Assembly: GCA_964452145.1 (NCBI GenBank) | Contig: CAYVLA010000003.1 | Span: 1 to 64,000 of the forward strand | Reading direction: 5' to 3' | Source of the DNA: Candidatus Hadarchaeota archaeon | Lineage (GTDB): Archaea > CAYQAE01 > CAYVLA01 | DNA length: 64,000 bases | In this document: piece after piece, positions 29,429-39,217 of the stretch | How positions within the stretch are numbered: position 1 is the first letter of the stretch | Layout of the letters: the number at the start of each line of letters is the position of its first letter | Notes under the pieces: model-generated | What the model saw: the letters and a program-made list of their open reading frames with translations, nothing else | The model's database searches: none | Told to the model about the DNA's origin: nothing | Program-made: the position numbers and the translations under genes

Positions 29429-30616
29429 GTGAAGTCCCAGGAAGACCATCCACACTGGTTCTTGAGGCCGACCTTCAGCATGCTCTCGGGGGAGCCGCGC
29501 CTCTACACACGATTCGCGGATGGCATGATCGTTGAGGGTGGACACTTCCTCCTCAGAAGACGCTCCCTCCTCAGAGCCTTCAGGGGAAGGATCTTCGCGG
29601 TGGATCCTAGGACCCCGGCTTTTCAGGCCTCCCCTCGGATGGCTGTCGACCCACGCACTGAGAGGATACGGTCCAGCTACCTGAACTTGGCAGCATCCCA
29701 CGGAGAACCTGTCTTGACGAAGTTCTCCAGACTTCAACCCGTCACTCCCGAGGATTTCCGTCCCCCGACTCTGGAGTCGACGGCCGCCGGAGTCATACAC
29801 ATGGAGAAAATCGCTCGACCCTCGGCCCTTCTCCCTCCCTACTTCGCACTCCGCAGCGCCCGGGATCGATGGGTCAAGATCAATCTGGCATTTCACCGTC
29901 TCACGGTCGGCATGGCCGAAAACCTGCCCGTCCTTCTGCCGATTGCCTTTGACCACGAACTGCTGGAGGACCGGAGGGAACTGGATCGTATCTGCGATAT
30001 CTTCCTTGGCCCTTCCGCGGACGCCTGCGCAATCTGGCCCGTAGGCCTGGACGAAACACGTGCGTCCGTCGGAGAGCTTGTGGGCCTGTACACCCTCCTC
30101 AAGAGGCTTCCTGAATCTTCGCTTCTCCTCTACGCGGGCTATCTTTCGATGTTCCTCTGCCTCCTGACGGGTAGATCCTTCAGCAACGGCCCCTGCTTCT
30201 ACGAAAAGAGAGACCTATCCATCGCACCGCCCCTGGAGTTCAGGCCGAGGTGCAGGTACTACATACCCGAACTCCATCAGAAGCTGGATCCGGTCACTGC
30301 CGTGGTGTTCTACAGAACTTTATCGGAGATGGGGTGCTTCAACTCATTCTGCGCCGCTTGCTCGAGGAACATGAACGGGGGCAATCTGGACGGAATTGGC
30401 TCGATGCCCGATCTGGACATCTTCGAACACAACCTCATTGTCAAGGAGACAGAGGCGAGGTCCCTCTTGAGATCGCCCGATCCTATCGAACTCGCCGACG
30501 AGGATCTCAGATGGGTCCTCTCCCACACGCAGACCTTCTCCAGATTCCGCTCAATGCGGTACATAAAGACATGGACCAAGGTCCTCCAAGAGATCAGGAC
30601 CCGGTTCCTCGAATGA
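29429..30616 (+). CDS. Hypothetical protein, possible TIM barrel with C-terminal Cys/His site
   Basis: Long ORF; VDPRT, PPYF, RYYIPELH, C...FCAAC...EHN. Confidence 0.6.
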   Translation: MKSQEDHPHWFLRPTFSMLSGEPRLYTRFADGMIVEGGHFLLRRRSLLRAFRGRIFAVDPRTPAFQASPRMAVDPRTERIRSSYLNLAASHGEPVLTKFSRLQPVTPEDFRPPTLESTAAGVIHMEKIARPSALLPPYFALRSARDRWVKINLAFHRLTVGMAENLPVLLPIAFDHELLEDRRELDRICDIFLGPSADACAIWPVGLDETRASVGELVGLYTLLKRLPESSLLLYAGYLSMFLCLLTGRSFSNGPCFYEKRDLSIAPPLEFRPRCRYYIPELHQKLDPVTAVVFYRTLSEMGCFNSFCAACSRNMNGGNLDGIGSMPDLDIFEHNLIVKETEARSLLRSPDPIELADEDLRWVLSHTQTFSRFRSMRYIKTWTKVLQEIRTRFLE

Positions 30617-30727
30617 GTTCCCATTCCACGTTCGGCGTCCAATGTGCGACCAGCCACGGGAGCAGGGCGATGGACGATGGACGATGGCAACAGATATTAG
30701 AGCCCAATCACATCGCAGCCCCGTCCT

Positions 30728-31819
30728 ATGCCCCCAATGCTGATCGTGGGTACGCGGCCTGAGATAATCAAGATGGCTCCAATCATGCGGGAGTTCTCGG
30801 CCAGAGGCAGAGAGTTCACCCTGGTTCACACGGATCAGCACTACGATCAGACCCTGTCAGGCAGCTTCTTTGAGCAGCTTGAGCTCCCCAGGCCCGACCA
30901 TCATCTTAACGTCAGATCTGGGACACAGGCTGAACAGACGGCCAGGGTCCTGCTTGCTCTGGAGCCGATCATGAGCGAACTTCGCCCCGAGGTTGTCTTG
31001 GTCGAGGGGGATACGAACACGGTGCTCGGGGGCGGAATAACGGCTGCAAAGCTCGGAATCCCGGTTGGGCACGTCGAGGCGGGGTTGAGAAGCCGGGACC
31101 TGCGGATGTCCGAGGAACATAATAGGCGCGTGGTGGACCACCTTTCAACCCACCTGTTTGCGCCGACCCAAGCCAGTGCAGCCAACCTGAAGAGGGAGGA
31201 CGTCTGGGGCACCACGTACGTGACGGGCAACACCATCATAGATGCTCTGGACATCTATCTTGACAGGGCACTGAGCGAGTCCCGGGTGAACGAAAGGATT
31301 CCGTTTGACCGGTTCGTTCTGGTCACAGTACACCGCGCCGAGAATGTGGATGATCCGGCCACACTGCGCAAGATGGTTCACATACTCCGTGAAGTGGTTC
31401 CCCTTCCCGTCGTCTTCCCCACCCATCCCAGAACGGTGTCCAGACTGATCTCCATGGGGCTCTACGAAGACCTAAAGACCGATCCCAGGATACTGCTTAC
31501 GGAGCCTCTGCCGTACTTCGACTTCCTAGCCGCCATGCAGCGGTGCGAATACATCTTGACCGACTCGGGCGGAGTCCAGGAGGAGGCCACCCATCCCCGG
31601 ATCCGCAAGCCCGTGATAGTCACTAGGCTTTCAACCGAGCGGCCGGAGGCGGTGGACGCGGGCTTCTCCACGGTGGTGGGCCTTGACCTCAGGAGGATCC
31701 GGGACGCCATAAAGGGGATCGATCCGGAGGGGCTGCCGCATAGGTCCCCGTTCGGGGATGGAACCGCCGCGTCAAGAATTGCTGACGTGATCCAGGCCCG
31801 CTGCTCCCAGGCTTCGTGA
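30728..31819 (+). CDS. wecB: UDP-N-acetylglucosamine 2-epimerase (non-hydrolysing)
   Basis: GTRPEIIKMAP, GDTNT, HVEAGLRS, EEHNR, TDSGGVQEEA, TERPE, PFGDG. Confidence 0.95.
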   Translation: MPPMLIVGTRPEIIKMAPIMREFSARGREFTLVHTDQHYDQTLSGSFFEQLELPRPDHHLNVRSGTQAEQTARVLLALEPIMSELRPEVVLVEGDTNTVLGGGITAAKLGIPVGHVEAGLRSRDLRMSEEHNRRVVDHLSTHLFAPTQASAANLKREDVWGTTYVTGNTIIDALDIYLDRALSESRVNERIPFDRFVLVTVHRAENVDDPATLRKMVHILREVVPLPVVFPTHPRTVSRLISMGLYEDLKTDPRILLTEPLPYFDFLAAMQRCEYILTDSGGVQEEATHPRIRKPVIVTRLSTERPEAVDAGFSTVVGLDLRRIRDAIKGIDPEGLPHRSPFGDGTAASRIADVIQARCSQAS

Positions 31820-31915
31820 GGCCGCGTACCGAGGAGGCTCTTCACGCAAAAGATTTTAATCCTGAGGGAGGCCCTGTTCGACAGGCTCATGCCCATCGCG
31901 AAGGAGTAGAGGCAA

Positions 31916-32662
31916 ATGGCATTTGTCGACGCATTCAAATCCCCCGAATCTCTCGAGAAAGAGGGCAAACTCAAGGAAGCCGCACACAAGTACTGGAGGA
32001 AGAAGAAATACGAGGGGGCCGCTCGCTGTTACGAGAGCCTCGGCTGGCATGACTCCGCAGCTTGGGCATGGGAAGAGCTCCAGAACTGGGAGAAAGTGGC
32101 CCAGAACAAGGAGAAGGCCGCCAAGGAAGACACCATGTACTGGAAGGACGCCGCCGAGGCTTGGGAAAAGGCCAACAAATTCGCCGAGGCCGCCAGATGC
32201 TACGAGGAATATGCCAAGGAGGAGCCCTGGTACTGGGAGAACGCGGCTGAGAGCTGGAGGAAAGCCGGCGACGAGGACAAGAGCAAGGCCGCGTGGCTGG
32301 AGTCAGCCAAGTACTATGCCAAGGAAGCGGTGCAGGACGAGGGCATCTGGTGGGAGGACGCTGCCAAGGGTTTTGAGAACGCCGGGCAGAAAGAGCAGGC
32401 CGTCAAGTGCATGAAGTACTACCTCGAATACTGCATGGAGCAGTCCAAGAAGGAGAAATGGTACTACAAGGAGATAGCCCAGGTCCTGGAGAAGTTCGGC
32501 TTCAAGGACAAGGCGGCCGAGTATATGAAGCTGTACGAGGAGTATGAGAAGGAGCGCAAGGAGAAGGCCCTGAAGCGGCTTGAGGAAGAGAAGAAGGCCA
32601 GGGAAGCCGCCGAGGCGGCTGGAACGGCCCAGCCTGGAGCCCCGCCCGCGCCGGGGAGCTAG
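31916..32662 (+). CDS. Alpha-helical TPR/SNAP-like repeat protein, Trp-rich
   Basis: Repeats YWKDAAEAWEKA, YWENAAESWRKA, WWEDAAKGFENA; AARCYE twice. Confidence 0.75.
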   Translation: MAFVDAFKSPESLEKEGKLKEAAHKYWRKKKYEGAARCYESLGWHDSAAWAWEELQNWEKVAQNKEKAAKEDTMYWKDAAEAWEKANKFAEAARCYEEYAKEEPWYWENAAESWRKAGDEDKSKAAWLESAKYYAKEAVQDEGIWWEDAAKGFENAGQKEQAVKCMKYYLEYCMEQSKKEKWYYKEIAQVLEKFGFKDKAAEYMKLYEEYEKERKEKALKRLEEEKKAREAAEAAGTAQPGAPPAPGS

Positions 32663-32742
32663 AGTAACCGGTCGCAATCGCTTTCGCCGGAAGCCACGAT
32701 ATAGTCTTGTATCCTTTCACGCGCCTAGCTCTCGGTGTCACC

Positions 32743-33261
32743 GTGCAACTTCATGATCCTGACAATTATGAGCTGGAACGGGCCCTGGAAGCCTTCCAGA
32801 AAGGGGACCGCATGCTGTACGAGATCTGCAACGACCTCGGCATCCGCCCCGGACCTGTGTACGATGAGTACGTCGACCGGCTGAAGGAGTCAAGGGAGAT
32901 CCCCAAGACCTACAGAGTCCGGGTTCCCGTTGAGCAGCACGTAGGCTTCGACCGGATCTACAACGATCTTCCGATCCTGATAAACACGATCTCCGCAACC
33001 TACCCCGAATGTTACCTCTTGGAACTCGCCGACTATGAGCCCCTGCCCGACACTGAGTGGGTGATATTCTTCGTGCCGGGACTCGGCTTCATAAGGCTGT
33101 ACACTTCCCTTTTCTACGATCTCGGCTGCTACGTTGACGTGATCTTTCCGAACCGGAAGCAGAGGAACTCAGCCAAGCGGGTGGCGAACGACATAGCGGA
33201 AGCTTTGAACGGGTTCTATCGGTGCAGAGCTAGGAAAGAGGTCTCACTCTCACACGGATGA
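32743..33261 (+). CDS. Hypothetical protein
   Basis: Coding-like ORF with GGTG before a GTG start; no motif recognised. Confidence 0.6.
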   Translation: MQLHDPDNYELERALEAFQKGDRMLYEICNDLGIRPGPVYDEYVDRLKESREIPKTYRVRVPVEQHVGFDRIYNDLPILINTISATYPECYLLELADYEPLPDTEWVIFFVPGLGFIRLYTSLFYDLGCYVDVIFPNRKQRNSAKRVANDIAEALNGFYRCRARKEVSLSHG

Positions 33262-33368
33262 TGGGGCCGCCCGGATTTTCATGGCCACAGCCATTTTGAA
33301 CCGGAGTTCCGAGGTCCCGAACCTCGAAGGATGTCCTGAGGAAATGGACCAGGCTACCCCACGGCCCC
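33262..33368 (-). tRNA. tRNA-Pro(CGG) with two introns (D-arm ~22/23, 13 nt, 33331-33343; T-loop 59/60, 19 nt, 33276-33294)
   Basis: Removing both inserts gives GGGGCCGTGGGGTAGCCTGGTCCATCCTTCGAGGTTCGGGACCTCGGAACTCCGGTTCAAATCCGGGCGGCCCCA, a normal cloverleaf; inserts form BHL and BHB motifs. Confidence 0.92.
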
Positions 33369-33426
33369 ATTCCGGATGCGGGGCTCCCAGAGGAGCGTGA
33401 AAAATCTTTTCGATTCCCCCGTTCCC

Positions 33427-34290
33427 TCAGATGTACATATTCCTATCTGGGCTCTCTCTGCCCTGCTCGCCCGCGAATCTCCTCGCCAGCTCTTCGAGAT
33501 GCTTCTCCTGGGCCCGCTGTCTTGAGCTTTCCCGCGAGCGTTCCTTCTTCATAGCGCTCTCGATAAGCTTTCCATCCAGCTGGAACCCAACGATCTCCGA
33601 AATCTTGGAGGTAACCTGGCGAACCGCCTGCAGATCGGCTTGGAGACTCACGCCGTCAGGCATCATGGCCGTTCCCAGAAAGAAGACGGAGGCGATCCTG
33701 CGTTTCATGGCCAGCATGGGAAGGGCGGCCTGGAATCCCTGCCCGGCATTCAGAACCTTGCCTATGCCCTCGACCTTCTGGATATCGTCGATCTTGGCGA
33801 TCTTGTTGATCTCCATGAACTTGTCAGCCTCCGGTCCGTTCGGTCGCCCCACGATCTCGGGCATGCCTTTCTTGCTGGCGACCCCAAAACCCCCGATGCT
33901 CAGCATCATCGATCTGGGGCACATGCGCTCCAAGGCGTCGAAGAGGGCAGTGCTGACGAAATGCGCCTCCCAGGCGGCAGGCTGACGGGGACCGAACGCC
34001 ACCAGCATCGGCACCTTTCCGGACTCGGTGAGCCTGAGCCTTATCCCAGGGCTTTCGAAGTAGCCCGTTTCCTCGTTCACTATCGGATCTGAAAGCATGC
34101 TGAGGGAAGATATCTCTCCCAAGTCACGGTAGTCAAGATCCTGCTTCTGCAGGTAGTAGCCCGTCATGAAAGCCACAAGGCCAATGCCCGTTCCTGTGCA
34201 CACGACGGCAATCAGTCGATCAACCTCGGGAAGATCCTCGCCCACCTCGGCGATGGCATAGGGCACTTCCTGTCCGTAGTACTTGCTCAT
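33427..34290 (-). CDS. PAC2 family proteasome assembly chaperone
   Basis: GTGIGLVA..TG.YL, GPRQP, LSIGGF, ADLQAVR. Confidence 0.75.
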   Translation of the reverse strand: MSKYYGQEVPYAIAEVGEDLPEVDRLIAVVCTGTGIGLVAFMTGYYLQKQDLDYRDLGEISSLSMLSDPIVNEETGYFESPGIRLRLTESGKVPMLVAFGPRQPAAWEAHFVSTALFDALERMCPRSMMLSIGGFGVASKKGMPEIVGRPNGPEADKFMEINKIAKIDDIQKVEGIGKVLNAGQGFQAALPMLAMKRRIASVFFLGTAMMPDGVSLQADLQAVRQVTSKISEIVGFQLDGKLIESAMKKERSRESSRQRAQEKHLEELARRFAGEQGRESPDRNMYI

Positions 34291-34427
34291 TCCTCAGCCC
34301 CGTTGAAAATGCTAGGGGTCCTTGACTCTAAAATATGTCCTGAACGGCGGGTTCAAAGCATCCGGATGGACCTGCCTCTCTCCGGTAAGATATTATAGCG
34401 ACCGAGGCTGCGCGCAATGGAGAGAAC

Positions 34428-35246
34428 ATGAGCCTCCTCTTTCGGCATGCCGCGTTCGAAGGCTACCGGGCGGTTGTGGAGGACCCAAGCATCTGCCGAC
34501 ACATAGCCTTTGGCCTGTTGTCACTTCAAGATGGCCAGATCTACAGGGAAGATACAGCCGGCAGGGAGGTCTGCATCATCCTGCTGAACGGGCTGGTATC
34601 GACCACCGTTGACGCAAGTGAGAAGGGCGATATGGGGCCCCGAAGCACCGTCTTCGACGGTAAGCCCTATTCACTGTACGTCCCCAAGGAAAGCGACCTC
34701 GAGCTGAGGTCCAGGGGGCCCAGTTTCCTCGCGGTATCCCGAGCCCCCGCCAGATCCAAGAGGGAACCCAGGATCATCCAGCCTCAGGACGTCAAATGCA
34801 GAACGGTGGGAAGATGGAACTGGAAGAGGAGTGTCTGCGACATCATGGGGAATGATTCCACCGTTCCCGAAACGTTGATAGTGGGGGAGACCCTCAATCC
34901 ACCAGGCAACTGGTCCAGCGCGCCTCCCCACAAGCACGACGTCGATGACCTTCCTAGGGAGTCCAGACTCGAAGAGGTGTACTTCTACAAGTTGCGGCCC
35001 CCTCAAGGCTTCGGCCTGCAGAGGATCTACACCGAGGGCGGAGACCTTGACGAAGCCTACGTGGTGCGCGACGGAGACACCATGGCCATACCGAGGGGCT
35101 ACCATCCGGTGGTCGCTGCACCGGGCTACTCCCTGTACTACTTATGGGTCCTAGCCGGAGAAAAAAGGGTGATGAAGCCGAGGGATGACGGATCGCATTC
35201 TTGGCTGAAGGACTGTGAGCCCATAATCTCCCAGATGGAGGGCTGA
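34428..35246 (+). CDS. iolB: 5-deoxy-glucuronate isomerase
   Basis: GNWSSAPPHKHD, LEEVYFY, GFGLQRIY, IPRGYHPVVAAPGY. Confidence 0.92.
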   Translation: MSLLFRHAAFEGYRAVVEDPSICRHIAFGLLSLQDGQIYREDTAGREVCIILLNGLVSTTVDASEKGDMGPRSTVFDGKPYSLYVPKESDLELRSRGPSFLAVSRAPARSKREPRIIQPQDVKCRTVGRWNWKRSVCDIMGNDSTVPETLIVGETLNPPGNWSSAPPHKHDVDDLPRESRLEEVYFYKLRPPQGFGLQRIYTEGGDLDEAYVVRDGDTMAIPRGYHPVVAAPGYSLYYLWVLAGEKRVMKPRDDGSHSWLKDCEPIISQMEG

Positions 35247-35269
35247 GAAAAGCCGCCCGGGCAGGTGGA

Positions 35270-36358
35270 TCAGGACCTCAGCCTTTTCACCACATCTTCG
35301 AAGGCGTCCATGGTCCTCGCCACATCCTCCAAGCTCGTCGAGCCCAGATGGGCTATGCGAATCATCTTCTCCCTGTACTCATCATGACCCGCGGCAACCA
35401 CCACGTCGTGATCCCTGTCCATCGCCCCCTGGATATCGGTGGCTCTCAGCGGCTTGGGAATCTTCAGCGCGGTCAAGGTGTTCGAGCACGTATTCTCCAA
35501 GAAGGGGAAGAACTTGAACCCTAGGCTTTGGGCCCGGCTCCTCGCCAGCCTTGCCATCGCGATGTGTCTTTCGAACCTTTTCCTGAGGCCCTCGGCCATG
35601 ATCTCATCCAGAGCGGCCCGAAGGGCAAACAGAAGGCTCTCTGACTGGGTGAAGGGTGTCTGGCCCCTGTTCTTCTTATCGGCCGCCCTGTACTTCCTGA
35701 GATCAAGGTAGAAGGAACGTGGCTCGGTCGACTCCATGATGTCCCATGCTTTCTGGCTGACCGATACGAGAGCCAGACCCGGCGGGCAGCCGAAGGCCTT
35801 CTGGGACCCCGCCACGCAGATATCGACCTTGCACCGATCGGTTGGTATGTCATCACCGCCCATCGACGAGACCGCATCAACGATGAATAGCGTATCCGTA
35901 TCGGCCAGGAAGCTGCCGATCTGAGCTAGGTCGACCCTGACACCGGTCGAGGTTTCGTTCTGCACGATGGCCACCGCCTTGACGTCATCGGTGTAGAGGG
36001 ACTCGATCTGGCGGCTGATCGGGGCTTGGCCCCAAGGAAGCTGGAGCTCCACCACCTCGCCCTGGTAGACCCGGACGATCTGCCTGAAGCGCGCGCTGAA
36101 CTTCCCATAAACGGGGACTATGACCTTGTCCCCCGGCGAGATCCAAGACGAGATCGACGCATCCATCCCCGCGGTGGAGGATCCTGAGATGATGTGCAGA
36201 TCGCTCTTGGTTTGGAAGACTTTCTTGGAGTCCTCTTGGATCTGGTGGAGGAAGGACCCATATTCATCGGTTCTGTGCGCTTTCATCTGGGTTCCCAGGG
36301 CATTCATCACTGCCGCTGAGAGCATCGTCGGGCCGGGGATCATCAGAAGCTTGTCCAT
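35270..36358 (-). CDS. Class V PLP aminotransferase (alanine-glyoxylate/serine-pyruvate type)
   Basis: LMIPGPT, NETSTGV, VDAVSS, GSQKAFGCPPG, IRIAHLG. Confidence 0.93.
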   Translation of the reverse strand: MDKLLMIPGPTMLSAAVMNALGTQMKAHRTDEYGSFLHQIQEDSKKVFQTKSDLHIISGSSTAGMDASISSWISPGDKVIVPVYGKFSARFRQIVRVYQGEVVELQLPWGQAPISRQIESLYTDDVKAVAIVQNETSTGVRVDLAQIGSFLADTDTLFIVDAVSSMGGDDIPTDRCKVDICVAGSQKAFGCPPGLALVSVSQKAWDIMESTEPRSFYLDLRKYRAADKKNRGQTPFTQSESLLFALRAALDEIMAEGLRKRFERHIAMARLARSRAQSLGFKFFPFLENTCSNTLTALKIPKPLRATDIQGAMDRDHDVVVAAGHDEYREKMIRIAHLGSTSLEDVARTMDAFEDVVKRLRS

Positions 36359-36433
36359 ATCATGTCGCCCCTGCTGACCTGTGGACTTCTTTTAAATATT
36401 CGCGCCGCTTCAACCCAAGGCATCTGATCGGAG

Positions 36434-37126
36434 GTGCCAAAGCTGAAGACGGAACCCGAACTCAAAGTGGCTCTGGTCCTCCTGGCTTCATACCTTGCCT
36501 TCGGCATTCTGCAGGTTCCTTCCTACCTGAAGATGGAACCTCCCTTTACCCTCGTGGACTCCCTCGTTTCGCTGAGTCTCTTCGCCGCGCTCCTGTTCCC
36601 GGCCGCCTACGCGGGGAGCCGCATGAACCCCGCTTCCGTTGTGTTCATCCAACGCCTCATCTGCCATGGCAGATCTGTCCCTGGGCACGTTCTGAGGAGG
36701 GTCTTGCTTGCGCTTGTCTTGGCCCTCCTTGCATTCTGCATCAATCTCGGGCTCACGGCTTTGTTCACGAGGGTGTGGACGCCTCCAACGACCCAGGATT
36801 ACATCCACAGCTTCAACCTGTTCGATAAGATGGCTGCCTCCATCTCGTCGGGGTTATGGGAGGAAACGATCTTCCGCTTCTTCCTTTTCTCCGCTGCCCT
36901 GTCGGTCCTGAAACGGAGGTTGCCCGCAGTCCTTCTATCCAACCTCGTGTTCACCCTCATGCACGCCGTCTTCCAGCAACCCCCCTACAATCTCTCTGCC
37001 TTGACGATAGTCTACCTCTTAGGTCTGGTCTATTCCAAGTGCTACACGGACCAAGGATTGGAGCCCGCCGTCATCTGCCATGCAGCGATGAATCTACTCA
37101 CGATGACGTTGGGCCTAATGCTCTGA
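36434..37126 (+). CDS. CPBP/Abi intramembrane metalloprotease
   Basis: WEETIFR, FTLMH, CHAAMN. Confidence 0.88.
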   Translation: MPKLKTEPELKVALVLLASYLAFGILQVPSYLKMEPPFTLVDSLVSLSLFAALLFPAAYAGSRMNPASVVFIQRLICHGRSVPGHVLRRVLLALVLALLAFCINLGLTALFTRVWTPPTTQDYIHSFNLFDKMAASISSGLWEETIFRFFLFSAALSVLKRRLPAVLLSNLVFTLMHAVFQQPPYNLSALTIVYLLGLVYSKCYTDQGLEPAVICHAAMNLLTMTLGLML

Positions 37127-37127
37127 C

Positions 37128-37892
37128 CTAGCTTAGCACGATCAGGGCATCGAAGAGAGCGGATCCAAAGAAATGGGTAGCCCAGCTAGGCAGGACCGAC
37201 CTCGAACGCAGGTTGGCCCAGCCAAACACAACTCCGGCTATGAGGGAGTATGGCACCTCTACGGACGGCTTCCCCATGTGCAGGTAGGCGTACGGAACGC
37301 TCTGGATCAGTATCGAACCCCAGAAGGACCTCCTGCCCAGAACGAACAGGACGGTCCCCCTGAAGAAGAGTTCACACGAGAACATCATGATGGCGATCAG
37401 GGTCTCATGGTAGGCGAAATCCCTCCACGTGATCGGAGAACTGGACCTCCATATGGGGTAGTACAGGGTCATGGAAGGCACTGCAAGACCGACGATTGCC
37501 AGGAGGGCTGCGACTGCCAGAAGACACGGGGTGATGCGGAAGGTAATGGACCTTTCCCCGAGCGATAGGCCGACATCCGCTGGGTGAAGACGACCGACGA
37601 CCAACCAGAGGAAGACCAGCGGCAGGCCAACATAGAGCACCAGATCGCCCAACCAGCGCGCCGGGAGGATGGGTCGAAAGATCTGTTCGACCATTGGAAC
37701 CGCAAACAGAAGTCCTGAAACCAGCATCTCCTCAGGTTTCCAACGAAGGATGAGGGCCATCGTCAGGCTCCCCGCTAGCCCGCCGACTAGGACGTAGCCC
37801 CGGTAATGCCTGCCCGGGAAGTTCGCTTGACTGGCGTAGAAGCAGAGGAAGAGCACGAAGCCGAGAGCAACCAGCACCCGCTTTGGGGGCAC
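37128..37892 (-). CDS. CPBP/Abi intramembrane metalloprotease
   Basis: CELFFRG, YAYLHMGKP, WATHF; probable GTG start. Confidence 0.85.
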   Translation of the reverse strand: MPPKRVLVALGFVLFLCFYASQANFPGRHYRGYVLVGGLAGSLTMALILRWKPEEMLVSGLLFAVPMVEQIFRPILPARWLGDLVLYVGLPLVFLWLVVGRLHPADVGLSLGERSITFRITPCLLAVAALLAIVGLAVPSMTLYYPIWRSSSPITWRDFAYHETLIAIMMFSCELFFRGTVLFVLGRRSFWGSILIQSVPYAYLHMGKPSVEVPYSLIAGVVFGWANLRSRSVLPSWATHFFGSALFDALIVLS

Positions 37893-37945
37893 GCACCCCG
37901 GAAAGGCATCTGCCAGAAATGTGTTCCTGCCCCAGAGTCGGCCGG

Positions 37946-38287
37946 CTAGAGCCTGCTTCCACAGAAGGGACAGAAGGCCGCATTCTTGGGAGGTCTGGAT
38001 CCGCAGTTCGGACAAACCATCTCTGCGATCCTCGTCAGGCGGTAGAGTTGAGCGTAAAAGAAAGCGAAAGCGGTGACCGCTGCAGCGATCATGCCGAAGA
38101 TCGTTGACAGAAAACCCAATGCAAGGGTTCCCAGGAGACCAGGTTTAATGGCCGAGTACAGAAAATATCCGAAGAAGAAGCCGGAGGCAGCTCCCACGAA
38201 AAGTCCGAGGCCGAGTGGCCTCAGATAGTATCTCCGTTCAATATACTCACGCAGATACTCACCGAAGCCTATCTCTTTGGACAGCAA
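37946..38287 (-). CDS. Two-TM membrane protein with C-terminal zinc ribbon
   Basis: Two hydrophobic segments, then CPNCG...FCPFCG. Confidence 0.8.
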   Translation of the reverse strand: MLSKEIGFGEYLREYIERRYYLRPLGLGLFVGAASGFFFGYFLYSAIKPGLLGTLALGFLSTIFGMIAAAVTAFAFFYAQLYRLTRIAEMVCPNCGSRPPKNAAFCPFCGSRL

Positions 38288-38313
38288 ACCACCCCGCGGG
38301 GGCGTCCAAGCAT

Positions 38314-38694
38314 CTATGCCTTCTTCGCGCCCTTGACACCCCTGCCTTCCCCGGGCCCCTTCGGAGCCTTGCCCGCTTCAGCCTTAGGCTCAGCCTCCTT
38401 CTCACCTTCTGCCGGGGCGCCGAAATTCTTCCGGAGGATGTGTTTGGCCTCGATGCTCTTCAGCCTGGACTCGTCCTTGTATGCTTTGGCAAAGCCCTTG
38501 CTCACGGAAGCCCCGAAATCAGTGTACACCGAGTGCACGACGGTCAGCTCGGGTTTGGCGGTCAGCTTGGCACACAGGAGGCGCCTTATCTCGCCCAGTG
38601 GCGGCGTCGGCTCCCCCTCGTGGGTGACCAAGAATCTGATTTCATCCCTAACCAGAAGGGGATTGTGTTTCCTCTCAGTTATCTCAATGTCCAT
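38314..38694 (-). CDS. rps24e: 30S ribosomal protein S24e
   Basis: HNPLLVRDEI, TPP, TDFG, AKAY; superoperon position. Confidence 0.93.
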   Translation of the reverse strand: MDIEITERKHNPLLVRDEIRFLVTHEGEPTPPLGEIRRLLCAKLTAKPELTVVHSVYTDFGASVSKGFAKAYKDESRLKSIEAKHILRKNFGAPAEGEKEAEPKAEAGKAPKGPGEGRGVKGAKKA

Positions 38695-39208
38695 GCGCAG
38701 GCACCTTCGACATATCCAGGATCGACTTCGCCGTCGCCTTGGACCCCCTGTCAACCGCCACGGCAACTATTCCAGCCCCTGGTTGACCGTATAGAACCAA
38801 GGAGCCAACGGGAGAAGCTGCGATGGCCGGCAGTCCGAGGAGATCCTCCTCGCCCAGAATCTTGACGGCGGACTTCCGCCGAAACCTTATTAATCTTTTC
38901 AGGAGGTTAAAAGCCTCCTCGCTGACCGTTCCCGCAGGATTTCGAGCCTCTTGCCTGTCGTATTCGGCCAGAAGACCCTCGCCGAGACTCTTCCTAGGTT
39001 CTCTACGGGTTCTTTCGTCGTAGATGACGATCTGCGGAGCCACGCCTCTGCTGAGGAGAGCCTCCGAGACAACGTCCCCCACGGTGATAACGATGCCCGA
39101 ACAGCTCCTCGCACGCCTCGCCGCTTCCTCCTCTTGTATCAACTCCCCCAAGGGCTGCGACAGCCGTCTCCTGATCTCGGGATCGTCGAAGCGGTATCTC
39201 GCGGCCAC
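38684..39208 (-). CDS. DUF359 GTP-dependent dephospho-CoA kinase
   Basis: TVGDVVS, NPAGTVS, GEEDLL, YGQPG. Confidence 0.92.
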   Translation of the reverse strand: MAARYRFDDPEIRRRLSQPLGELIQEEEAARRARSCSGIVITVGDVVSEALLSRGVAPQIVIYDERTRREPRKSLGEGLLAEYDRQEARNPAGTVSEEAFNLLKRLIRFRRKSAVKILGEEDLLGLPAIAASPVGSLVLYGQPGAGIVAVAVDRGSKATAKSILDMSKVPAHGH

Positions 39209-39217
39209 GGTAGACCC

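Noticed and set aside
30668..30688. Short tandem repeat (cgatgga) x3
   Set aside because: Only about 21 bp with no spacers; not CRISPR-like and no evident function
33431..33985. Long alternative-frame and antisense ORFs (also 42224-43078, 50716-51765, 53954-55552, 6873-7811)
   Set aside because: Shadows of well-supported genes in GC-rich DNA, with no recognisable motifs
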